From Bacteroidales bacterium (lineage in GTDB: Bacteria > Bacteroidota > Bacteroidia > Bacteroidales > GCA-2748055), in assembly GCA_030673645.1 (NCBI GenBank), contig DAOVIO010000008.1, positions 487 through 64,486 of the forward strand: a stretch of DNA of 64,000 nt, written 5' to 3'. The position numbers and the translations under genes are program-made. Under the pieces are notes generated by a model. It was given only the letters and a program-made list of their open reading frames with translations. It was not told the DNA's origin and did no database searches. Shown one piece after another: positions 22,829-31,327 of this stretch (within the stretch, counting starts at the first letter, position 1; each line of letters begins with the position of its first letter).

Positions 22829-23949
22829 GATTATTCAGGATTTTAATATTAGTTCTTTTCATCATACTCTATGCTAATTGCACAAGACAATCTGAAAAGA
22901 ACCTGGGTGATTCTGTCCAAAATCGAAAATTCAAAATACAGAATTTCGATAATTTTACATTAATTCACATAAGAGATGCATGGCAAAATGCTTCAGATGC
23001 GAATTTTAAATACATTCTTTCAGAAAGTTTAAGTAATGTTCCAGATTCACTAAATGGTTACAAATTCATAAAGACTCCCGTCCGGAGAGTTATTGTTTTT
23101 TCTACAACGCATGTTGGATTTCTTCTGGAAATTGAAGAAGGTAACAGTATAATTGCAGCATCTGGGAGAAATTATATTTACGATGAAGGGTTAAAAAATA
23201 AAGTAAAAAAAAATGAAATAAAGGAAATTGGTTTTGCTCCGGGAATAAATTACGAGAGTATCATTGAGTTAAAACCTGATGTAATTTTTATTTATGGATT
23301 AGAGTCATCGGTTACAGGAATTGTTTCGCGTCTTGAATCAGTAGGAATTCAAAGTGTAATAATTGGGGATTATCTGGAAAATCATCCCTTAGGAAAAATG
23401 GAATGGATAAAAGTTTTTTCAGCCTTTTATAATAAGGAAAAACTTGCAGATTCTATTTTTAATATGGCTTCTGAAAAGTACCATGATCTATGTAGTCTTG
23501 TAACCGAAAAAGTAGAAAGTAGACCAACTGTTATGTTGGGTTTGCCCTGGAAAGATAGTTGGAACATGGCTGGGGGGAGATCTTTTACAGCAAAATTAAT
23601 TCATGATGCCGGAGGTAATTATTTATGGTCAGATAACAATTCTGAAGAATTTTTACCTCTTGCCATTGAATCAGTGATTCAAACTTCTTTAAATTCCGAT
23701 TGTTGGTTAAATACAGGATCTGCTCGTAGTCTTAATGATATTATCCAGAGAGATAAACGATACAAAGCTTTTAACGCATGGAAGACTCATTCAATGTATA
23801 ATAATGACAAACAATTTAATGGTGAAGCAAATAATTTTTGGGAAAAGGGTGTTGTCGAGCCTCATATAATATTGAGGGATATGATTAAAATATTTCATCC
23901 TGAAATTATTCCGGATAAGGAATTAGTATATTATCGGAAATTGGAGTAG
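22825..23949 (+). CDS. ABC transporter periplasmic substrate-binding protein (BtuF/FhuD class)
   Basis: Lipoprotein signal ILYANCT. The RVIVFSTTHVGFLLEI and KPDVIFIYG patterns are typical of class III binding proteins. It overlaps the upstream gene by 4 nt. Confidence 0.85.
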   Translation: MRLFRILILVLFIILYANCTRQSEKNLGDSVQNRKFKIQNFDNFTLIHIRDAWQNASDANFKYILSESLSNVPDSLNGYKFIKTPVRRVIVFSTTHVGFLLEIEEGNSIIAASGRNYIYDEGLKNKVKKNEIKEIGFAPGINYESIIELKPDVIFIYGLESSVTGIVSRLESVGIQSVIIGDYLENHPLGKMEWIKVFSAFYNKEKLADSIFNMASEKYHDLCSLVTEKVESRPTVMLGLPWKDSWNMAGGRSFTAKLIHDAGGNYLWSDNNSEEFLPLAIESVIQTSLNSDCWLNTGSARSLNDIIQRDKRYKAFNAWKTHSMYNNDKQFNGEANNFWEKGVVEPHIILRDMIKIFHPEIIPDKELVYYRKLE

Positions 23950-23980
23950 GGGCGAGGCACGCCTCGCCCGTACAATTTTT
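23950..23980 (+). terminator. GC-rich palindrome GGGCGAGGC-AC-GCCTCGCCC followed by a T-run, located inside the transport operon
   Basis: A perfect 9 bp stem begins immediately after the TAG at 23947-23949. TTTTT is at 23976-23980. Confidence 0.45.
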
Positions 23981-24036
23981 GGTTCATTAATAAATTCATT
24001 CTAACTTAGTAAAATAAACATTTATTCAAAGAAATT

Positions 24037-24309
24037 ATGGCCAGTATCAGGAAATTAAAAAAGGACATTAATTATGTAGCCTTCGAATTACTTACAGAGA
24101 TTTTTACTTTCAAACATTTTCATGAAGAATTAGAAGATAAAAAATTTGATCAGGTAATCAGAAAAGTTGTGAGTAAAAGAAATGAACTCATAAGTCGTGT
24201 TAATCAATACAACGGTAAAAAGGGTACATTTTCGTATAAACAATATTTTAGTAAGATCAGAGAAGAAATGATTGAATTACTCCTTATAACAGAGGAATTG
24301 TCCCAATAA
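24037..24309 (+). CDS. Small hypothetical protein (90 aa)
   Basis: Its stop abuts the permease start at 24311. The composition looks coding and helical. No family was recognised. Confidence 0.5.
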   Translation: MASIRKLKKDINYVAFELLTEIFTFKHFHEELEDKKFDQVIRKVVSKRNELISRVNQYNGKKGTFSYKQYFSKIREEMIELLLITEELSQ

Positions 24310-24310
24310 A

Positions 24311-25345
24311 ATGCCTGTAATTGGTCTGAAGTCCATATCAAGCCACGCATTTAAAATATCAGCTTTGATATTTACTTTGCTTGTTTTGCTTTTGATAGAT
24401 TTAAGGTCCGGATCAGGTTCATACTCTGTAAAACAGATTATTTCAGTACTATTTTCTGAAAATGATGATACCGCCCTCTGGTTAAATATTAATGAATTTC
24501 GTTTGCCAAGAATATTTACGGCCCTGATTGCTGGTATTGCATTGTCGGTTAGCGGATTGCAAATGCAAACTTTGTTTAGAAATCCATTAGCAGGGCCTTA
24601 TATACTCGGAATTAGTTCAGGAGCAGGATTAGGGGTAGCACTGGTGGTTTTGGGACTTCCCGGTCTTTTTGCCTACTCTGTTTTTTCATCAGTAAACAAT
24701 CTTGTACTTATCGTATCGGCCTGGTTGGGATCTGCCATTGTAATGATGCTAATTATGGCTGTATCGGTTAGAATAAAAAGTATTATGACCATACTTGTCC
24801 TTGGAATTATGCTTGGAAGTGGCATTTCAGCAATTATAAGTATTCTCCAATATTTTAGTAAGGAAGCTGCCTTAAAAGCATTTGTTGTTTGGACTATGGG
24901 GTCATTATCCGGTGTAAATACTGATCAGATTCCTTTTCTTTTATTCGGATTCTTAGCAGGTTTAATTGTGGCAGTAATAATTATTAAACCTTCAAATCTT
25001 ATTTTACTAGGGGAGGATTACGCAAAAACCATGGGAGTAAATATTCGATACTACAGGATTTGGGTTTTTCTATCCACTATTCTATTAACAGGTACTGTAA
25101 CAGCATTTTGCGGACCTATAGCATTTGTTGGAATCGCAGTCCCACATATAAGTCGAATGATTAGCAAAACCACCAGAAATGGCATTCTTCTTAGTTATTC
25201 TATACTCATTGGAGCATCAGTTTTAGTTGTAAGCGATATATTATCACAATTACCTGGAAGCGATCTGATATTACCAATAAACGCTGTTACTTCAATTATT
25301 GGAATACCCGTTGTAATCTGGATTGTTTTTAGAAAAAGGACTTAA
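24311..25345 (+). CDS. FecCD-family ABC permease (BtuC-like)
   Basis: RLPRIFTALIAGIALSVSGLQMQTLFRNPLAGPYILGISSGAGLG is a hallmark FecCD motif. There are about 9-10 TM segments. Confidence 0.92.
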   Translation: MPVIGLKSISSHAFKISALIFTLLVLLLIDLRSGSGSYSVKQIISVLFSENDDTALWLNINEFRLPRIFTALIAGIALSVSGLQMQTLFRNPLAGPYILGISSGAGLGVALVVLGLPGLFAYSVFSSVNNLVLIVSAWLGSAIVMMLIMAVSVRIKSIMTILVLGIMLGSGISAIISILQYFSKEAALKAFVVWTMGSLSGVNTDQIPFLLFGFLAGLIVAVIIIKPSNLILLGEDYAKTMGVNIRYYRIWVFLSTILLTGTVTAFCGPIAFVGIAVPHISRMISKTTRNGILLSYSILIGASVLVVSDILSQLPGSDLILPINAVTSIIGIPVVIWIVFRKRT

Positions 25346-25353
25346 AATTTGCA

Positions 25354-26361
25354 ATGAATGAGCTGACAAATATATTATCCCTGAAAAACTGTGATATTGG
25401 ATATAGATCCGGTAAGAATAGTACAATTTTGCTGGAAGATATATCTCTGGATTTAGATACTTCAAACTTAATTGCCTTGATAGGTTTGAATGGTTCCGGT
25501 AAAAGCAGCTTACTTAAAACTATAGTTAATTTGTTGGGTAGCTTAAAAGGAGAAATTAATATATCTGGCAGGAATATAAATGAATATTCTATTGGGGAAA
25601 TTGCGCGTCTTATTGGTTATGTAAAGGCAAACTGGCAACCGGAAGAGAATATGACTGTTGAGGAACTAATTCGTCTTGGGCGATACCCATTTACAAACCT
25701 ATTTGGTCAATTGGATGAGTCCGATATGGAAATTGTTGAACAATCAATCTATAAACTTAGCCTTGTAGAATTAAGAAATCGACCACTTGCCCAGATTAGC
25801 GATGGAGAAAGACAAAGGGCAATGTTAGCAAGAGTTTTTGCTCAACAAACAAAGATTGTTGTTCTCGATGAGCCAACAGCTTTTCTTGATGTACAGCATA
25901 AGTATGAAATAATTAGTCGCCTTAGGATGCTGTGTGATAATGGGATAACTGTTATTTTTAGCACGCATGATATACAGCTTGCCTCATATTTTGCAGATAG
26001 GTTCTGGCTCATTCAGAATAAAAATATTTTGGATGGAGCACCGGAAGATATCTTTCTTAATGGTAGCATGGCAAGACTTTTTAGTTCTTCCGATGTAGAT
26101 TTTGACGATGAAATTGGAAATTTTATTCCTAAATTATCAAGCGATAAGAGTATTACGCTTGTATATGATGAAAAACTTGGCTTAGTCGCAAAATGGACAA
26201 AAAAAGCCTTATTCAGAAAAGGCTTTTCCATACAAGAAAAATTATCAGATGACCCTTATATAAATATAGTACAGGAAACTCATAAACTAGTATGGAATTT
26301 GCATTTGGGAAATAGAACTATTCAATGTTACAGTATTCTGGATTTATTAAATGAACTGTAA
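25354..26361 (+). CDS. ABC transporter ATP-binding protein (BtuD/FecE-like) with an extra C-terminal domain of about 90 aa
   Basis: Walker A is GLNGSGKSSLLKT, the signature is ISDGERQRAMLARV and Walker B is VVLDEPTAFLD. Confidence 0.92.
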   Translation: MNELTNILSLKNCDIGYRSGKNSTILLEDISLDLDTSNLIALIGLNGSGKSSLLKTIVNLLGSLKGEINISGRNINEYSIGEIARLIGYVKANWQPEENMTVEELIRLGRYPFTNLFGQLDESDMEIVEQSIYKLSLVELRNRPLAQISDGERQRAMLARVFAQQTKIVVLDEPTAFLDVQHKYEIISRLRMLCDNGITVIFSTHDIQLASYFADRFWLIQNKNILDGAPEDIFLNGSMARLFSSSDVDFDDEIGNFIPKLSSDKSITLVYDEKLGLVAKWTKKALFRKGFSIQEKLSDDPYINIVQETHKLVWNLHLGNRTIQCYSILDLLNEL

Positions 26362-26466
26362 CTTATTTTGTTTTAAACCGTCGGATATTTGATGTTAATG
26401 AGGAATGTTTTATTCTTATTTTATATTTTGGAAAAATTTCTCTTTATCAGGAATTATTGAAAAATA

Positions 26467-28189
26467 GTAATTATTTACCAGAGTATGCTACCCTTTTATG
26501 AAATTGTGTCCCTCAAAGGTAGTGCATAATTCGGAGAAGGCATTCCGGTCGTGTTTTCTGGCCGTAGAAACAAACCCCTCTATCGGGCATAAATCTCTGC
26601 TCCGGAGAAAGTACGAAAACAGTTTGATATTTTCTGTTTGACCTTTGCCGGCCTGATATCCCTTTCAGCCAGATTATTGGTAAATGGAACCTCCTTATTA
26701 AAGGCAAATGCAAGTACCGCCTGTTGTTCCCTGATTAAGCGTTCAACCAGGTTTCTTCCTTTGGTTCGTTTATACTTCCCTCTTTTTCCGGGTGTTTTTC
26801 TTGGCGGAGGTTCTACTTTTTCACCGAGAGTGCAGATTCGGGTATACCTGGCCTCAATATGTTGCCGTCGTTTGAACCTTTCTTCAAAAGGCATCTCATA
26901 CACACTAAGTAAAAAGATCTTAAAAACTTTGGCCCATTTGCTTTTACCGTTTTCAACCAGTCCTTCCAGTTCTCTCAATATATGAGCTCCGCAAATGGCA
27001 TGCTTCATCTTGAAGCTAAAGTAACTGCTCCAGCAATCATGTACTAACCAGCCTCTGATCCTGTCCAATATGGATTTATCACTTTCTAATGCCAGCTTCC
27101 CTCGCTTCTCGTGTACAAAAAGATATGTAAAGAGCAATGATGAGGCTGTATGCAACCAGTGTAATTTGCCCGCTACCCGTAAGCCTGTTTCATCGGCATG
27201 TGCCACATCACCTGTAGCTATTTTTGATTTTATGGTTTCCTCAGTTTCCTCAAGATTTTCGTAGCATTGCCGAGAGGCTGAGTAAACCGTGGACTCGTTG
27301 ATTGAATAACCAAACAAGTCACCGAACAACAACTGTATTTTCTTGAAGGGAAGCTTAAAATGTACATTCAGCAATACAGCATAAGCCTTGACCCCGTTGC
27401 CATATTGAACAGGGGCATTGATCCCTTTGGGGGCTGTGCCTTTGCACCATTTTCCACACCCCGGACATTTCCCTTTTAATATCTGATGCTCTGTGATCTC
27501 TAACTCTGATTTAGGTAAATCAAAGACCTGGCGCTTTTCCGATAATATCAGCTTATGATCCGGAAGCTCATGACCACAGTCACATGGCTTAGGCTTATGT
27601 TTTATTATTTTGTCTGGATGTTCAACCTGTTGTAGGGTTCGACCTTCATGCCCTTCCTGTCCGCCTTTCTTCTTCCTGGGTAAGGCTGGCTTCTTTTTAT
27701 AGCCATCACTCGAGGGAGGTTTACTGCTGTTATTGCTGTTGCTGTTTAATCGGGATTCCAATTCAGCAATTCTTGATTTCAGATCGGCATTCTCATCTTT
27801 CAATTCAGTATTTTCCTGTCGAATGATCTTATTATCTTTTTCTTTTGTTTCCAACTGTTGGACGCGTAATGTCAATTTCCGACTCTCTTTTTTCAATTCC
27901 TGATTCTCTCGCTCAATTTGAGCTTGACGATTTAGCAGGAATTCTACCTTTTTGGTAAGATCGGATATGATTTGATTTGAATCCAACACCTTTTTGCTTT
28001 CTTCAAAAATAGTATGGATTATGCCTTAAAATCAAATATTTAGACCTAAACTTATCAGATATATTACAGTTAAATTGTTAATACCACCAGAATTTTGAAA
28101 ACAAACCAAAAATATCCAGTAAAAACTGTTGATTACTTGTGAATAAACTCCAGATTTTGTTACTTTTAGCTACCCAGCTAAATAGTTAC
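26467..28189 (-). mobile_element. IS66-family insertion sequence (single-ORF type)
   Basis: The imperfect terminal inverted repeats are GTAATTATTTACCAGAGTATGCTA (26467-26490) and the reverse complement of 28167-28189, GTAACTATTTAGCTGGGTAGCTA (about 19 of 24 match). They enclose the transposase. The element is visibly more GC-rich than its flanks. Confidence 0.8.
26580..27989 (-). CDS. IS66-family transposase, with its last ~33 aa displaced into another frame (see findings)
   Basis: Has an N-terminal coiled coil, the Zn-finger-like CPGCGKWC, and DETGLRVAGKLHWLHTA...CGAHILRE...TNNLAERDIRP, typical of IS66 DDE transposases. After ...GAEIYAR* a 1 nt shift reads IEGFVSTARKHDRNAFSELCTTFEGHNFIKG*, ending at 26488. 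Confidence 0.88.
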   Translation of the reverse strand: MLDSNQIISDLTKKVEFLLNRQAQIERENQELKKESRKLTLRVQQLETKEKDNKIIRQENTELKDENADLKSRIAELESRLNSNSNNSSKPPSSDGYKKKPALPRKKKGGQEGHEGRTLQQVEHPDKIIKHKPKPCDCGHELPDHKLILSEKRQVFDLPKSELEITEHQILKGKCPGCGKWCKGTAPKGINAPVQYGNGVKAYAVLLNVHFKLPFKKIQLLFGDLFGYSINESTVYSASRQCYENLEETEETIKSKIATGDVAHADETGLRVAGKLHWLHTASSLLFTYLFVHEKRGKLALESDKSILDRIRGWLVHDCWSSYFSFKMKHAICGAHILRELEGLVENGKSKWAKVFKIFLLSVYEMPFEERFKRRQHIEARYTRICTLGEKVEPPPRKTPGKRGKYKRTKGRNLVERLIREQQAVLAFAFNKEVPFTNNLAERDIRPAKVKQKISNCFRTFSGAEIYAR

Positions 28190-28325
28190 ATAAATATTTA
28201 ATTAATAATTTAAGTACTGCTTTATAATCCATTACTTACTTCATGAATAAATTTTGCAATCTCATAATTCTTGTCGAAATCTGTCGACCGATTAATGCAC
28301 ATGATGATGATATGATAAACAGACT

Positions 28326-29111
28326 TTGAAAAACAGATACATCATAGAACTCTCCTACTCAGGCAAAAACTTTCATGGTTGGCAAATTCAGCCAAATGCT
28401 AAAACTGTGCAACAATATCTTCAGGAGTCATTTTCGACAATTTTGCAGGAGGAAATTACAATTACAGGTGCGGGAAGGACAGATACCAGTGTTCATGCCA
28501 GTTATTATGTTGCTCATTTTGATAGTGAATCGGAGTTTGATCCGGATTTTATGGTTAATAAACTAAATCAGTTTTTATCAAAGGATGTGAGTATTTTTCA
28601 AATCCATAAAGTAGATGATGATTTCCATGCACGATTTGGAGCTCTTAGTAGAACATATAAATACATTATCAGAACAAAGAAATCAGCTTTTCTTAACGAC
28701 TTATGCTTTTATTACTCCGGCAAAATCAACATGGAAAAGATGAATGAATGTTCGGCAAGTTTATTGGAATACTCTGACTTTACAAGCTTTGCAAAATTAC
28801 ATAGCGATAATAAAACCAACATTTGCAAAATAGAAAAGGCGGTTTGGGAAATGCATGGCGATTATTTGATTTTTACAATAAAGGCTGATCGTTTTCTGAG
28901 AAATATGGTTAGGGCTATTACAGGTACAATTTTCGATGTAGGAAAAGGGAAAATCAGCACTGAGGAATTCAAAAATATTGTAGAGGGGCTGGATAACCAA
29001 CTGGCATCGATGTCGGCACCGGCAAAGGGACTTTATTTGTGGGATATTGAGTATGAGGGTGGTTATGGATTGAGGAATTTGGGAAAGGGAGTGGGTTTTC
29101 CGTTTTATTAG
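28326..29111 (+). CDS. truA: tRNA pseudouridine(38-40) synthase TruA
   Basis: YIIELSYSGKNFHGWQIQPN and the catalytic Asp context GAGRTDTSVHA. It uses a TTG start, with an in-frame stop just upstream. Confidence 0.9.
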   Translation: MKNRYIIELSYSGKNFHGWQIQPNAKTVQQYLQESFSTILQEEITITGAGRTDTSVHASYYVAHFDSESEFDPDFMVNKLNQFLSKDVSIFQIHKVDDDFHARFGALSRTYKYIIRTKKSAFLNDLCFYYSGKINMEKMNECSASLLEYSDFTSFAKLHSDNKTNICKIEKAVWEMHGDYLIFTIKADRFLRNMVRAITGTIFDVGKGKISTEEFKNIVEGLDNQLASMSAPAKGLYLWDIEYEGGYGLRNLGKGVGFPFY

Positions 29112-29420
29112 AGGGTGTGCTGGTGCTAAGTGAAACTCAGCTTTCGGGAGGTTACGAACCGAAAGATGTTAGTTGAATTTAAGCTTTTTCTTCGTCCCGA
29201 AGGGACAGATTAATTCAGCCCAAAGGCAACGCCCTGGGTATATTAAACACACACGAAACCCGCGCTCTGAAAGGGCTAATTAATAAATTCATAATTATAC
29301 TCCCAGTCATCATGAAAATATATTAACAGATTAATTTGCCCATTCCAGGGCGAAAAAAATATACATCACCTATTCACCCATGGCGTTGCCTTTGGGCTGA
29401 ATTTAGTTGGGCTTTCAGCC
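29112..29420. repeat. Mosaic of GC-rich mini-hairpins plus a long-range inverted repeat
   Basis: The hairpins are CTTTCGG..CCGAAAG, GTCCCGAAGGGAC and GGGCTTTCAGCCC. ATTCAGCCCAAAGGCAACGCC (29212-) pairs with GGCGTTGCCTTTGGGCTGAAT (29382-29402) across an AT-rich loop. The element starts with the GTGTGCTGGTGCT word directly after the truA stop. Confidence 0.7.
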
Positions 29421-29496
29421 CGAATATGTATTTGGAGTATTGCTTAAACAAAATACAGGCTTTTAACAATGAAAAAGTAATAAATTTTCAATTTAA

Positions 29497-30231
29497 TTAT
29501 TGAATAGAAGTCTTGGCCTGAGCCCTGAAAATTTCCTTATTTAATTCTTTGTTCTTAGCCTGGAAAACATAGCCATTATTAATTTCCTGATAAAAAATCA
29601 CCACCTCATCATTGAGATGTGCTTCTGAAACAAAACGGATTTCAAATTCTGTAATTTGAAATTTACCGCTGTGATAGTCATCGAGTGAATCTATGCACCA
29701 TTGGATATATTTTGTATTATTTACATGGTTATAAACATCTATATCTGAATAAAGGACCTTGAGTTCACGAACAGAATCCATTCTTGCAGGCAAGTTTATT
29801 TGTCCAGGCTTTGCATCATATACACTATCCAATTCAGGAGGTATTCTCTGCAGACCGGGAGTAATACGTCTTGGCCTATGTGTTTTCGAATCGACTAATA
29901 ACCATGCACTTGAAGCTTGAATTTTAATTTCATTACCTGATGCATCAAAGACTTCAAAATCGCGGTAGGCAAATAGATTCTCATACTTTTTCCCCCATGT
30001 CTTTAGCTTCAGACTTTCGCCCCAACCAAGAGCATCTTTGATAAATATTTTCAGACCAGATAAAACCCACATTAGGCCCTCAGGTTTTAATGAATGGTAA
30101 CCCGCATTACAACTTTCGGCATGCATCCATGCACTTTCCTGTAGAATTTGAGCTATAGCAGAAATACGAATCTTTCCGTGTGGATTACATTGAAAAGAAT
30201 AAATGAAATAATTATCAGACCACTTTGTCAT
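29497..30231 (-). CDS. Acyl-ACP thioesterase
   Basis: A double hotdog pattern: ILQESAWMHAE, MWVLSGLKI and SDIDVYNHVNNTKYIQW. Confidence 0.82.
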   Translation of the reverse strand: MTKWSDNYFIYSFQCNPHGKIRISAIAQILQESAWMHAESCNAGYHSLKPEGLMWVLSGLKIFIKDALGWGESLKLKTWGKKYENLFAYRDFEVFDASGNEIKIQASSAWLLVDSKTHRPRRITPGLQRIPPELDSVYDAKPGQINLPARMDSVRELKVLYSDIDVYNHVNNTKYIQWCIDSLDDYHSGKFQITEFEIRFVSEAHLNDEVVIFYQEINNGYVFQAKNKELNKEIFRAQAKTSIQ

Positions 30232-30244
30232 GTGTTGAGTTTTA

Positions 30245-30470
30245 AAAGTTGCTGGTTACTACTATATAACATGATACTGTTATTTTCAATTTAAAATTGC
30301 GGCTTTTTTGCCCGCACACTGGACTGGTTACTGGTTTAATTCCTTTCAGTCGTTGAGTTCGCTGTGCTCGGTTCTGGTTACTGAGTGCCGCCCTGAGCCT
30401 GAGGTCCCTGACTTGTCTAAGGGCCGAAGGGTGCTAGTTGGGACATGACACTAGCAACCAGCAACTAGCA
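30245..30470. repeat. Second copy-class of the nested inverted-repeat element, with GTTGCTGGTTAC arms and the 34 nt module
   Basis: GTTGCTGGTTACTAC (30249-) opposes CTAGCAACCAGCAACTAGCAAC (30450-). The module TCCTTTCAGTCGTTGAGTTCGCTGTGCTCGGTT at 30341-30373 is 29/34 identical to 19777-19810. Confidence 0.7.
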
Positions 30471-30471
30471 A

Positions 30472-31218
30472 CTAAACCAAATTCCATATTTTCCAGGATT
30501 CCTCAGCTTGATTTACAAGCATTTGGTATCCATTCAGGATTTTGGCGCCCATTTCTTCTCCTTTTTTCATAAATAAAGTAATTTCAGGATTATATACCAG
30601 ATCATACAAAACATGTTTCCGTGTGAGAAAATTATATGGGATATCGGGACATTCTTCAATTTTAGGATATGTGCCCAATGGACTGGTATTCACAATTAAT
30701 AAATTATCCAGAATAATATTTTCGTTCAAATCTTTATATACGATATCGGCTTTATTAGTAGAACGGCTAACCAAAGTAGTTTTGATCCCGGAATTTTGAA
30801 GTGCAAAATCAACAGCCTTGGAAGCTCCACCTGTACCTAAAATTAAAGCCGATGTAATGTCCTTTGACAAAAATGGATTTAGAGCGTTTAAAAAACCAGG
30901 AGCATCTGTATTGTATCCTGTCAGAGTTCGTTTTCCACTAAAATATTCAATTTTGATTGAATTTACTGCTCCAATTTTTCCTGCCACATCATCCACCTTG
31001 TCGAGGTAATTAATGACTTTCTCTTTATACGGAATTGTAACATTTAATCCACGTAAGTCAGGATTACTATCCAGTAAGCTCCGTAACTCTTCTATGGTTT
31101 CTATAGGGAAATTTAAATACTCAGAATCTGAAATATTTTCCTTTCTGAATTTTTCAGCAAAGTAACTCGCAGAGAATGAGTGGCTAAGAGGAAATCCTAC
31201 TAAACCGTATACTTTCAT
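30472..31218 (-). CDS. aroE: Shikimate dehydrogenase
   Basis: GFPLSHSFSASYF, NVTIPYKE, GAVNSI, GYNTD and ILGTGGASKAV. Confidence 0.9.
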   Translation of the reverse strand: MKVYGLVGFPLSHSFSASYFAEKFRKENISDSEYLNFPIETIEELRSLLDSNPDLRGLNVTIPYKEKVINYLDKVDDVAGKIGAVNSIKIEYFSGKRTLTGYNTDAPGFLNALNPFLSKDITSALILGTGGASKAVDFALQNSGIKTTLVSRSTNKADIVYKDLNENIILDNLLIVNTSPLGTYPKIEECPDIPYNFLTRKHVLYDLVYNPEITLFMKKGEEMGAKILNGYQMLVNQAEESWKIWNLV

Positions 31219-31327
31219 TATTTTGTTTTAATTTCTTTTTTGAATATCCTTGCTTACCTCAGGCAGAGAATATCGATTATTGATTTTAGATTTGGACTCT
31301 TTCCTTCATCATTCATCATTCATAATT

